Shown here: one piece after another, positions 1 through 8,793 of the stretch
Layout of the letters: each line of letters opens with the position of its first letter
Position numbering within the stretch: the first letter of the stretch is position 1
NCBI GenBank assembly: GCA_051531915.1
Contig: JAOPTQ010000046.1
Span: forward strand, 81,923-145,922
Direction: 5' to 3'
DNA length: 64,000 nt
DNA from: Colwellia sp.
GTDB taxonomy: Bacteria; Pseudomonadota; Gammaproteobacteria; Enterobacterales; Alteromonadaceae
Notes under the pieces: generated by a model
What the model was told of the DNA's origin: nothing
The model's input: the letters and a program-made list of their open reading frames with translations, nothing else
The model's database searches: none
Position numbers and translations under genes: made by a program

Positions 1-2189
1 TAGTGTAGGCTACTAGATAGGTTGATTATAGCTTGTACAATCGCGGCATCATCAGGATCGGTTGTAATATCACGTACAAATGACTGGTCTATTTTTAATT
101 GTTTCAGTGGCAAGCGCTTTAAACAGGAGAGTGAAGAATACCCTGTACCGAAGTCATCCATTGAAAAATCAATACCGAGTTGATTCAATAGTCTCATTTT
201 CTTAATGGTTATGTCGACATTTTCTAATACCATACTTTCAGTGAGTTCCAATTTTAAGCAATGTGGATTTATGTCCATTGAGGTGATGATATCTTGTATC
301 TGCTTAACAAAATTTTCTTGTTTAAATTGTAAGGCGCTAACATTAACGGATATTTGCCAAGTTTTTCTGTTGGGGATGCTTTCCCATATTTTAAGTTGCT
401 GACATGCTGATTCTAATACCCATTTTCCTATCGGGATGATTAAGCCACTCTCTTCTGCTAAAGGAATAAAATCTAATGGTGAAATCATTCCTCGTTTTGG
501 ATGGCTCCAACGTAATAAAACCTCGGCACCTTGAATGCCTTCGGTTTCATCTACTTGTACTTGATAATACAATTCCAATTCATTGTTATCTATTGCTTGG
601 TGTAGGTCTGATAAAATAGCCGTGTTTTTTTCTAAGGTAGCTTGCATTGTAGGATCAAAAAAGCGAATGGTATTTCTACCCGCGGCTTTCGCCTGATACA
701 TAGCTACATCAGCCTGTTTTAGTATTTCATCGTGGCTAATTAAGTTTGATTTAAATAGGCTGATGCCAATGCTGGGCGTACAATGAAAAACAACTTCATT
801 CTTGACTCCGCCATTTTTTGTGACCGACAATTGATAAGGCTTACCAAGGGAACGTTGTATTTTTTCTGCTAATTTTTCTGCAACATAACTAGCATTCACT
901 TCATCATTACCAAGGTTAGCAATGATAGTAACAAACTCATCACCTCCTAATCGAGCGACAAGATCTTCCTCTCTAAGGCTTTCTTGTATTCTTTTGGCGA
1001 CCGTAATAAGTAGTTGGTCACCCATACTGTGCCCTTGAGTATCGTTAAGGCTTTTAAAGTGATCAAGGTCGATAAAAAACAGTGCATTTAAGTGCTCGTC
1101 ACGAGAATGAGCAGTCATCATCAGTTGTAGTCTGTCTTGTAACATTCTACGATTAGGTAATCGTGTTAGCGGATCATAAAAGGCAAGTTGTTGAATCAAA
1201 TCTTCATGATTTTTTCGTTCAGTGATGTCTCTACTGACGCACATCAAGCCATAGCGAGTGCCATCTAAACCATCAAATGTTTTTTTAATGGTTTCATGTA
1301 GTACTTTACTACCGTCAGGATAAACCACCCATTCATTTTGGCTATAAATTTTACCGCTGGCAATAATTTTCTGCTCATCCAGCTTAGCGGTATTTGAAAA
1401 TTTAAAGTTCCCTGTGAGTTCTTGGTCTGTTTTTCCTTTAAGTTCTTGCTCCTTCATATCTACATATCGTTCAAACGCCTGGTTGCAGCCAAGGTAACGG
1501 CCACGTGTATCTTTAAAGGATATTAAATCAGGCAATGAACCAATTAAGCCCCGCATTAGGCTTTGTTCTCTACTTAACAGTTTTTGATTTTCAGTCAAGT
1601 CACGTTCTGCCTGACGCCGATCACTTTGTCGTTTTAGTATCAGACCGACTAACACAGTACAAATGGGAAATATTAATATTAATGGTAATATAATTGCATT
1701 AATTATTTTGAATCGAAAATTCTCAGGCATTAGTAACATACAAGCCAACACACTGATTTGAATTAACATGCCAAATGCATATAGCTTGAACCAGTCAAGA
1801 GGGAGATTTTTATATTTTAAAATGTAAGCGAATAAATAGCCCAAACAACCGGGAATAATGACGACTAAGGAACCTACAAACGCCCCAGCACCTCCTATGT
1901 AAATTCTTAAACTTACCATCATGACAGCGGCTATTAGTGTTGGCACCAAACCAAAAAACAAACCACAAAGGCTGATCAGCACCCAGCGTGTGTCAAATAC
2001 TACGCCTGGGGCCATTTCCCATGAAGTGTTCATAACGACAAGGCCGAGCATACCGACAAAGAAGCCAGATATTAATTCGCGTACCGCCTTATTCTTGATG
2101 GACTCAATATTTAATGCATCATAAATAACGCCTAAAGATATTAGAAATGCTGCATTGTAGAGTAGACTAATAAAACTACTAGTATCCAT
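1..2189 (-). CDS. Membrane sensor diguanylate cyclase/phosphodiesterase (multi-TM 5TMR-LYT-like N-terminus, PAS, GGDEF, EAL); C-terminus runs off the window
   Basis: Absent from the ORF track because no stop lies inside the window. My reverse-strand translation from ATG at 2189-2187 (MDTSSFISLLYNAAFLISLGVIYD...) stays open to nt 1. It contains RLGGDEFV (~nt 930-960), EVLLRWSHP (~nt 500-540) and DDFGTGYSSL (~nt 130-170). Confidence 0.85.
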   Translation of the reverse strand, partial: MDTSSFISLLYNAAFLISLGVIYDALNIESIKNKAVRELISGFFVGMLGLVVMNTSWEMAPGVVFDTRWVLISLCGLFFGLVPTLIAAVMMVSLRIYIGGAGAFVGSLVVIIPGCLGYLFAYILKYKNLPLDWFKLYAFGMLIQISVLACMLLMPENFRFKIINAIILPLILIFPICTVLVGLILKRQSDRRQAERDLTENQKLLSREQSLMRGLIGSLPDLISFKDTRGRYLGCNQAFERYVDMKEQELKGKTDQELTGNFKFSNTAKLDEQKIIASGKIYSQNEWVVYPDGSKVLHETIKKTFDGLDGTRYGLMCVSRDITERKNHEDLIQQLAFYDPLTRLPNRRMLQDRLQLMMTAHSRDEHLNALFFIDLDHFKSLNDTQGHSMGDQLLITVAKRIQESLREEDLVARLGGDEFVTIIANLGNDEVNASYVAEKLAEKIQRSLGKPYQLSVTKNGGVKNEVVFHCTPSIGISLFKSNLISHDEILKQADVAMYQAKAAGRNTIRFFDPTMQATLEKNTAILSDLHQAIDNNELELYYQVQVDETEGIQGAEVLLRWSHPKRGMISPLDFIPLAEESGLIIPIGKWVLESACQQLKIWESIPNRKTWQISVNVSALQFKQENFVKQIQDIITSMDINPHCLKLELTESMVLENVDITIKKMRLLNQLGIDFSMDDFGTGYSSLSCLKRLPLKQLKIDQSFVRDITTDPDDAAIVQAIINLSSSLH

Positions 2190-2563
2190 ATATGGGACTT
2201 AATTCCTTTGAAAGTTGGTGAGTTTTTTATGCGACCAAAGCGATAATAACAGTATATGATTTTTTGCATTGAGGTTATTCTACTTTAATTGGCAACATTT
2301 TAGGTTGTTTACAATCGCACATGGCAGTGTCCGTTAAGAATAGTCTGAAAGGGCTTGTCATTCAACTTTAAGCAATCACTTGCCGTTGATAATTAAGCGC
2401 TAATCTTTATTTTTCACCTATGTGGTCTGGTCAGATTTTCATTCCAACGCTAGCTAGTTGTAAAGAGGTGTTTACTAAATAACCATTGATTTTTTCTTCT
2501 TCGTCTCTTATTTTAATCAACTATTATTTGCCTCTTAATAAGGCATTATATATACATGGAGGC

Positions 2564-3037
2564 ATGATGATAAACGTTTATCTTTTTGATTGGGGTGATA
2601 CCCTAATGATCGACTTCCCTAACGAGAGTGGCAAAATGTGCGACTGGGAAGTTGTTGAAGCAGTTTCTGGGGCCAAAGAAACGTTAGAAAATTTATCCCA
2701 AAATTCTAAAATATACATTGCTACTGGTGCAGCCGATTCAACAGAGTTAGAAATTAAACTCGCTTTTGAACGAGTAGGTTTAAATCAATTTATATCAGGC
2801 TATTTTTGTAAAGCTAACTTAGGATTATCAAAAGGAACTCCTGAGTTTCTCAAGTCGATTTTAGAAAAGTTAAAAATACCTGCGGTAAATATAGCTATGG
2901 TTGGTGATAATTTCGAAAAAGATATTAAGCCTGCAATTACTGTTGGCATTCAACCGTTTTGGCTTACAAAAAACAGTACCCAATTTGTTCTGGGTAATGT
3001 TAAAGTAATTAATCAGTTAAGTGCTTTGTATAGATAA
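2564..3037 (+). CDS. Small HAD-superfamily hydrolase
   Basis: ORF track 2486..3037. The likely true start is ATG 2564 or 2567, just after GGAGG at 2558-2562. Motif I-like LFDWGDTLM at the N-terminus and MVGDNFEKD near the C-terminus. Confidence 0.7.
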   Translation: MMINVYLFDWGDTLMIDFPNESGKMCDWEVVEAVSGAKETLENLSQNSKIYIATGAADSTELEIKLAFERVGLNQFISGYFCKANLGLSKGTPEFLKSILEKLKIPAVNIAMVGDNFEKDIKPAITVGIQPFWLTKNSTQFVLGNVKVINQLSALYR

Positions 3038-3162
3038 CTAGTTATTAAAGTAGAACCTTTAACGGTTGGCGTGGTTCTTCTTAGTGTCATATTTTAGCCA
3101 ACAATTTCTTGCCTGCTAATGGAGCGTTAATGCACATTAGTTGCGGCAAATGAGGGGATGAA

Positions 3163-3705
3163 ATGGCAAGACCTAAAACTAAGGACGAGTTATTTGAGGC
3201 TGCGGGTACTAATTATGAAGTGTTGTGGCAAATAATTAACTCAATGCCAGAAAATGCATTGAATACACAATTCGACTTTTCAAGTGATCTGAAAAAAAAG
3301 GAAGCACACTGGAGGCGAGATAAAGACCTTAGAGACGTGTTGATTCACTTGTACGAATGGCACCAATTACTTTTAAGGTGGATTCTCTCTAATCAGGCAG
3401 GAAATAAATCTGCGTTTATTCCCAAGCCATATAACTTTAAAACATACGGTGAAATGAACATAGCGTTTTGGAAAAAACACCAAAACACACAACTTGAAGA
3501 TGCGAAAATACAATTTAAAGCTAGCCACAAAGCAGTATTGGCATTAGTGAAAACCTTCTCTGATGAACAGCTTTTTATCAAAAAGTATTTTGACTGGACT
3601 GGCACTACTTCGCTTGGTAGTTATTGTGTATCTGCCATGCCTAGCCATTATGATTGGGCTATCAAAAAATTACGCGCACATGTAAAGAAGTTTCTAAATA
3701 ATTAA
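3163..3705 (+). CDS. ClbS/DfsB-family (DUF1706-like) four-helix-bundle protein
   Basis: 180-aa ORF. Length and pattern (KDELFEAAGTNYEVL..., HLYEWHQLLLRW, C-terminal SHYDWAIKKLR) match my memory of the ClbS/DfsB family. Followed by a hairpin plus T-run. Confidence 0.55.
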   Translation: MARPKTKDELFEAAGTNYEVLWQIINSMPENALNTQFDFSSDLKKKEAHWRRDKDLRDVLIHLYEWHQLLLRWILSNQAGNKSAFIPKPYNFKTYGEMNIAFWKKHQNTQLEDAKIQFKASHKAVLALVKTFSDEQLFIKKYFDWTGTTSLGSYCVSAMPSHYDWAIKKLRAHVKKFLNN

Positions 3706-3707
3706 AT

Positions 3708-3837
3708 ATGCCTATGTAGATTGCTCAGGAACTAATGTAGGTCGGGCTTCAGCCCGTTTTTCTTGATGCCCTAAAGGACAACCTACAAGTAAATTCTATG
3801 ACTTTACAACCTTACCTGAGCTAACTGCATAGGCATG
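3708..3837. repeat. MITE-like palindromic element, variant copy (shares only the termini with the other copies); carries a terminator hairpin
   Basis: The termini ATGCCTATGTAGATTGCTCAGG and CCTGAGCTAACTGCATAGGCATG are inverted repeats. The same termini occur at 10870, 11077, 25031, 59729 and 34488. Confidence 0.75.
3743..3762 (+). terminator. Rho-independent terminator downstream of the ClbS-like gene (inside the MITE copy)
   Basis: CGGGC-ttca-GCCCG followed by TTTTTCTT. Confidence 0.6.
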
Positions 3838-3964
3838 TAATTAAATGAGCATGTAAGACGTTACTCAAAGACAAAGTAGATGGTTTTTCTTATTATTCGC
3901 TTATTTTAACTATCATTGTCCTTTCAATAAAGCGCAATGATTAATTACAACACGGAAGTCAATT

Positions 3965-4456
3965 ATGTACAGAATTATAAGTTTATATGTTTTGATATTT
4001 TCAGAAATTGTTTATGCTGAACAAGTTCCTGTTGAATTAAAAATTTCACCCTCTTTACTTTTAAAAATGGTTTCTAATGGTCAAACAACCTCTGTTTTAC
4101 CTGAATTTGAGGTTTTCAATTCTAAGGGAAACAGTGTTTTTCATCGAAGGTCATTGAGTAAAAAATTCAAAATCATGCTTGTAAACGCAATGCTAAACCC
4201 CATAGAGAATGGGAAAAAACTCCAAGACTCTCTTAAGATTATTTCACAAAAAAATAGTGAAATATCTTATCAAGTAGATCCAAGTAAATATGATTATATT
4301 TTTATCGAGTATTGGGCTTCATGGTGTGCGCCATGCTTTCATCAAATGGCTATAATTCAAGAGGTTTTAACAGAAAATGCTAGTATTAATATTCTTTGGT
4401 TAAAAGTGGAGAAAGACCCTACCAAAATAGAAAGTATTACTAATGATTATTTGTAG
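3965..4456 (+). CDS. Secreted thioredoxin-fold (TlpA/redoxin-like) protein with CxxC
   Basis: N-terminal signal-like MYRIISLYVLIFSEIVYA, and WASWCAPC active-site motif. Confidence 0.7.
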   Translation: MYRIISLYVLIFSEIVYAEQVPVELKISPSLLLKMVSNGQTTSVLPEFEVFNSKGNSVFHRRSLSKKFKIMLVNAMLNPIENGKKLQDSLKIISQKNSEISYQVDPSKYDYIFIEYWASWCAPCFHQMAIIQEVLTENASINILWLKVEKDPTKIESITNDYL

Positions 4457-4469
4457 TGATGAGTAAAAA

Positions 4470-4688
4470 ATGAGAGAAGAGCTAAGAGTTAAAATTATTG
4501 AAGTTTGTGATAAAAAAATATCGAGTAAAGGGGCTAATGTTGGCTTGTCATTTTATGCCTTTTTCGCCAATAAAAATGACAAGCCTGAGTTACTTATGGA
4601 AGTTGCCACTTGGTGGATTCAAACTCACCAATTAGATCATTTTGTGAAAGCTTATATAATTAAAGAAATGATTCAAAATGGATTATAA
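4470..4688 (+). CDS. Hypothetical protein (72 aa)
   Basis: ORF only. It starts 13 nt after the redoxin gene on the same strand. I recognise no motif. Confidence 0.4.
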   Translation: MREELRVKIIEVCDKKISSKGANVGLSFYAFFANKNDKPELLMEVATWWIQTHQLDHFVKAYIIKEMIQNGL

Positions 4689-4829
4689 CGCTTAATTTAT
4701 CTTTTTACACAGATGAAATTTCACCCATTGAAAAAGTTAATTTTGTATCGTATGGTTATAAAGTGTAAAAATTAAATAAGGAAAAATTCACGATTTAACG
4801 AGGATTTTTCCTGTTACAAGAACTGTTAA

Positions 4830-5261
4830 ATGGAGGTAGTAGTGAATTCTAATAGATATTCTATCAAGCTAGAAAGTCCTTCGATTGAGGAGTTTTTGAA
4901 CTTAAGAAATAAAATTGGTTGGGGAGAATTAGGTTTTAATCTCGCTAAAACTAGCTTAAATAATTCTTTATTTCACGTCATCATCCGTGATAAATATCAA
5001 CTTATTGGTATGGGTCGTATTGTTGGCGATGGTGCTATGTACTTTTATATTCAAGATGTAATCGTCGATCCAAGTTATCAAAATTCTGGTGTTGGCTCCG
5101 CTTTAATGGAGCAAATAGAACGTTATTTGTCAGTTACAGCCAAAAAAGGCTCTACTATTGGATTACTCGCTGCAAAAGGAAAAGAAGCATTTTATACTCG
5201 CTATAGCTATATCATGCGACCAAGTAACTCTTTAGGTAATGGTATGTGCCGGTTTGTGTAA
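4830..5261 (+). CDS. GNAT-family N-acetyltransferase
   Basis: RIVGDGAMYFYIQDVIVDPSYQNSGVGSALME is a typical GNAT motif A (Q/RxxGxG/A). The start could instead be GTG 4842, after GGAGG at 4832-4836. Confidence 0.8.
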   Translation: MEVVVNSNRYSIKLESPSIEEFLNLRNKIGWGELGFNLAKTSLNNSLFHVIIRDKYQLIGMGRIVGDGAMYFYIQDVIVDPSYQNSGVGSALMEQIERYLSVTAKKGSTIGLLAAKGKEAFYTRYSYIMRPSNSLGNGMCRFV

Positions 5262-5414
5262 AGTTAGTCATACAAGTCATTTAAAAGGACAAAAAAATAC
5301 AAGCCATTTAACTGGGACAAATAACAGTTAGTTTTTGCTCCTTTGAGGCTTATTTTAACCAACTATCATTTGCCTCTTATTGGGGCGTTGGTACACAGCA
5401 ATCGTTGAGGTTAT

Positions 5415-5873
5415 ATGAAAAATTCATGTTTGGTTTTATTCGCATTATTATCTTTGCCATCATTGGCGAATGAAATATCTTTAGAAGATAGGATGAAGGT
5501 TCTTGATAGAGAGCTTTTTACATCTTTTAACCGTTGTCAAAACGCTAAAGAACTGGATAAACATGCTAATTATTTTTCTCTTGATGTAGAGTTTTACCAT
5601 GATAATGGCGGTGTAACTTGGGATCGTGACACAATGATTTCAAATACTAAAAAAAATGCATGCGGTAATTTCACTCGAAAACTTGTTAATGGGTCTTTTA
5701 AAGCCTATCCAATTAAAGGGTTTGGTGCAATCACAGAAGGAGTCCATATTTTTTGCCAAAATAAAACTAAAAAATGTGAAGGCAAAGCAGATTTTGTGAT
5801 GGTTTGGCGTAATGTAAATGACAAATGGCAAATTACCCGAGTACTAAGTTACGGACATCGAGAAAATAAATAA
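5415..5873 (+). CDS. Secreted NTF2-fold (DUF4440/SnoaL-like) protein
   Basis: Signal peptide MKNSCLVLFALLSLPSLA. Size and C-terminal FVMVWRNVNDKWQITRVLSYGH are typical of DUF4440-like proteins. Confidence 0.55.
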   Translation: MKNSCLVLFALLSLPSLANEISLEDRMKVLDRELFTSFNRCQNAKELDKHANYFSLDVEFYHDNGGVTWDRDTMISNTKKNACGNFTRKLVNGSFKAYPIKGFGAITEGVHIFCQNKTKKCEGKADFVMVWRNVNDKWQITRVLSYGHRENK

Positions 5874-5997
5874 AGTGCGTACAATTGGCTGTTAAATAAG
5901 GACAAAATAAGTTAACTTCCAGCTCGTGTCTTGCTAGTTTTACGCCACTCAGCAAGGTATTGGTGTTACTTTAGTATTATATTAATTAGGAATAAAA

Positions 5998-6189
5998 ATG
6001 AATAATAAAATTATTGGAATAGTACTTATCATTGTCGGTGTTGTTTTAGCTATGTGGGGTTACAATATTTATGATGCCGCTAGCTCTCAAGTTAGCCGAG
6101 CCTTAAGTGGTGATACACCTATTGAAGCATGGGCAGGTTTGGTTGGCGGTGTTGTTTGTGTGTTAATTGGTATCACTAGAGTAAAGTAA
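5998..6189 (+). CDS. Small two-TM membrane protein (DUF3185-like)
   Basis: 63 aa with two hydrophobic helices (IIGIVLIIVGVVLAMWGY and AGLVGGVVCVLIGI). AGGAAT lies upstream of the ATG. Confidence 0.6.
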   Translation: MNNKIIGIVLIIVGVVLAMWGYNIYDAASSQVSRALSGDTPIEAWAGLVGGVVCVLIGITRVK

Positions 6190-6237
6190 ATAATTTTGTG
6201 AACTAATCTAAATTTAGAATAAAAAAACAAAAAAAAG

Positions 6238-6284
6238 TCGATGACAATTCAAAATCATTATTGTTTGTCATCGAGCCGTTTTTA
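6238..6284. terminator. Bidirectional terminator between convergent genes
   Basis: TCGATGACAA...TTGTCATCGA is a 10-bp perfect stem, flanked by an A-run upstream and GCCGTTTTT downstream. Confidence 0.6.
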
Positions 6285-6343
6285 ACGCTTTTTATTCCGC
6301 CTTTTACATAGATTACACAAATAATCTTTGAAGCTTATCAGCT

Positions 6344-7957
6344 TTAGATAGTCACCTTATTGCTAATCGCTTGTGTTGATGTAGAAGGAGATAGCGCCCA
6401 AATACTATCGCGTTCACCCTGTAAAGCACGTCGCTTAGTTTTCAAAGCACCATAATAAAAAACACCTGAAAAAATTAACGCTATTAATTCAACAAGATAA
6501 GCCGAGTAATAATTGACTGACCATAATGCTAGACTTGGCATTACACTAGTTAATATTGTTGTTATTGGAATGCCTAAGCAAACAACAAACAAGGCTTGCT
6601 GTAGATGAATGGCACTTCTTGCCGCGCCTCTAACAAAACTATAAAGCAGTGCAGCAAAAAATACCGTGTAATAACAAGTTAGATAGCTTTGATTAATTTG
6701 GGCTCCCATAATATAGAGCCATTTACTGACAAGTATTGTGCATACCACGGCCAATATTGAACCTAAACAGATACCGATAGTTAGCGAGGCCATAAATCGG
6801 CTTGATTTACTTTGGGTCGCTTGTTTTTTTCTGCGCTTTTCAAGCCATATCAAATTACCACTATAAAATAAAAAGGCACCTAATAAGCCCATAACAAAGT
6901 ATAGCCATCGACCAAACTCTCCGCCCATACCGCCAAAATGCAAGGAGAAAAAGCTTGCAACATAAGGAACATAATATTCGTTATTATTCATTGCTAAACT
7001 ACTAAAGCTCACCTTAAATGAATAAGGATCCATATAAATAAAATCACCGGTATTACTGCGCATCATTTCTTGGCTATTCATTAATCTTATGCCTACGCTA
7101 GGCATTGGAGACGATAAACGGCTAAATTCTAGGGCTATAACTTCATAGCCATCTGTTAGCTCATTAACTTTTTCAAGGTAAGTTGAAATAACCGGTAATT
7201 TATCGACAGAAAATTCAACTTGAGATTTTTGAGGAGGTTCAAATAATGGTTTATCTCCGTACGCTAAGCTTAATCCTCCATAGAATACATCATGAAAAGC
7301 AAAGACGACCACTGTCCATGCAATAATCAAATGAAAGGGTAAGCTAACAATACCGATAAGGTTATGGCTGTCTAACCAAAAGCGATTAGCGCCTTTATTT
7401 TTTCTTAAAGCAAAAAAACTTTTTACTAATGTAGGTAACAAAAAGATGATGCCTGACACTAACGCTAAAAAATATAATACAGCAGCAATACCTAAAACAA
7501 TTACACCTATGTCTTCATGGCCTACTTTTCCCGCGATACCTGCCGTACGGTGTAACATGTCAATGAGTTCACCTAACTCATTGCTGCTTTGGGTTTGAGT
7601 AATTAGCTCACCTTGCTCGGTTAGGCTAGCGTGTTTTACCACTTTATTTAACTGAAGCCCTCGACCACCTCCTTGCTCAACCCAAGTGATTGGCGATGAA
7701 TGCTCATCAAAATTAACGGTAAATCCTTGTTGAGCTTTTTCGTTGTTAGTTAATGTCTTAACTATTAATTCATCGAATTTCTCACTGGGTATTTGCGCTA
7801 AATGGTGGCTTGACGGTGTAGCCCATAGGCTTATGTCATCTTCAAACATAGAAAGCGAACCGGCATAAAAACCAATAAATAACACGAGGCCAGCAACTAT
7901 TCCTGTCCAAGTATGAATTGATTGATATGTGCGAAGAATATCGGCACGAATTCTCAT
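6344..7957 (-). CDS. PepSY-associated TM-helix protein (PiuB/FoxB-like iron-regulated membrane protein)
   Basis: 537 aa. The N-terminal RIRADILRTYQSIHTWTGIVAGLVLF signature, multiple TM helices and a large periplasmic loop are typical of the PepSY_TM family. It sits next to a TonB-dependent receptor. Confidence 0.75.
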   Translation of the reverse strand: MRIRADILRTYQSIHTWTGIVAGLVLFIGFYAGSLSMFEDDISLWATPSSHHLAQIPSEKFDELIVKTLTNNEKAQQGFTVNFDEHSSPITWVEQGGGRGLQLNKVVKHASLTEQGELITQTQSSNELGELIDMLHRTAGIAGKVGHEDIGVIVLGIAAVLYFLALVSGIIFLLPTLVKSFFALRKNKGANRFWLDSHNLIGIVSLPFHLIIAWTVVVFAFHDVFYGGLSLAYGDKPLFEPPQKSQVEFSVDKLPVISTYLEKVNELTDGYEVIALEFSRLSSPMPSVGIRLMNSQEMMRSNTGDFIYMDPYSFKVSFSSLAMNNNEYYVPYVASFFSLHFGGMGGEFGRWLYFVMGLLGAFLFYSGNLIWLEKRRKKQATQSKSSRFMASLTIGICLGSILAVVCTILVSKWLYIMGAQINQSYLTCYYTVFFAALLYSFVRGAARSAIHLQQALFVVCLGIPITTILTSVMPSLALWSVNYYSAYLVELIALIFSGVFYYGALKTKRRALQGERDSIWALSPSTSTQAISNKVTI

Positions 7958-8253
7958 GCTAACCCCCTTAATAAAAAGAATAAGCCATAACTGATGATAT
8001 TTGCAGCGGCTAAATAAATAATGGCTTTAGTACCGGTTTTAAATAAATAACTGAAAGTTAAAATAAGCAGCCAAATAGGGGATATCATCCACATGTTAAA
8101 TTGAACTTTTGCGGGTGCATCGATGCCGCCTGGCCCGTACCATGCGAAAATAGCAACTATGGCGTAAGCTAATGTTAACCCTAAAATTGTTCCTGCAAAA
8201 GTTTTAAGCCACCAATGCGGTTGAATTTTTTGCTCTGCTGTTAGCCTTGCCAC
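7954..8253 (-). CDS. Small membrane protein (DUF3649-like) of the PepSY cluster
   Basis: 99 aa with 3 TM helices. Its stop overlaps the downstream start by 4 nt, indicating translational coupling. Confidence 0.55.
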   Translation of the reverse strand: MARLTAEQKIQPHWWLKTFAGTILGLTLAYAIVAIFAWYGPGGIDAPAKVQFNMWMISPIWLLILTFSYLFKTGTKAIIYLAAANIISYGLFFLLRGLA

Positions 8254-8525
8254 TTTGAATCTCCTTTATGTTTATTGAAGCCAATCAATAGACTCAGTAA
8301 TGGAATACACATTAATACAACCGAAAGCGTGAAAAGCCAAAGAAATATTGAAGCAGATACCGCATGCGTTTGCCACCAGGCAATAAAAGCAAAAGCCATC
8401 ATCAGATAACCAACTATTCGCCAATATTTGGTAAGCGGTTTACTGAGGAATCGTTGATGTTTATTTGACAGGTAAAGGAATACACCACCTAAGAATGAAA
8501 GAATTATCGCAACTATTATCCACAT
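8241..8525 (-). CDS. Small membrane protein (DUF3325-like) of the PepSY cluster
   Basis: 94 aa with 3 TM helices. It overlaps the next gene by 13 nt. Confidence 0.55.
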   Translation of the reverse strand: MWIIVAIILSFLGGVFLYLSNKHQRFLSKPLTKYWRIVGYLMMAFAFIAWWQTHAVSASIFLWLFTLSVVLMCIPLLSLLIGFNKHKGDSKWQG

Positions 8526-8583
8526 TTTGGTATTTACCCTTAAATAGAGACCAGAGATTGAAAAACCAAAATTTTAATTCAAA

Positions 8584-8604
8584 TAAAAATGATTAGCAAT
8601 TAAG
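8584..8604. promoter_or_regulatory. Candidate Fur box in the divergent promoter region (a second AT-hexamer run lies at 8714-8740)
   Basis: AAAAATGATTAGCAATTAA matches about 11 of 19 positions of GATAATGATAATCATTATC. AATAATAATAATAATATT at 8717-8740 resembles NATWAT hexamer repeats. Confidence 0.3.
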
Positions 8605-8793
8605 TGTTTATATTTTTTAATTATAGCTTGTTATATATCACTTTTGTTATAAGTAATAGCTAGTTACTAATGGAAATGGTTTGCATTTAGATTGCTGTTG
8701 TTGTATTTTTCCCGTCAATAAAAATAATAATAATAATATTAAAAAGACTTAGTTAAAAAACACTTAACATTATGTATATAAAGTAGGAATTTC

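Noticed and set aside
205-402. Plus-strand ORFs 205..402 and 1921..2124.
   Set aside because: They lie inside the long minus-strand GGDEF-EAL gene, which has clear catalytic motifs, so they are shadow ORFs.
2190-6190. Calling the small-gene run a bona fide integron.
   Set aside because: No intI integrase, attI or Pc promoter is visible in the window. I also could not fold canonical attC sites by hand. It is kept only as a cassette-array-like hypothesis in the findings.
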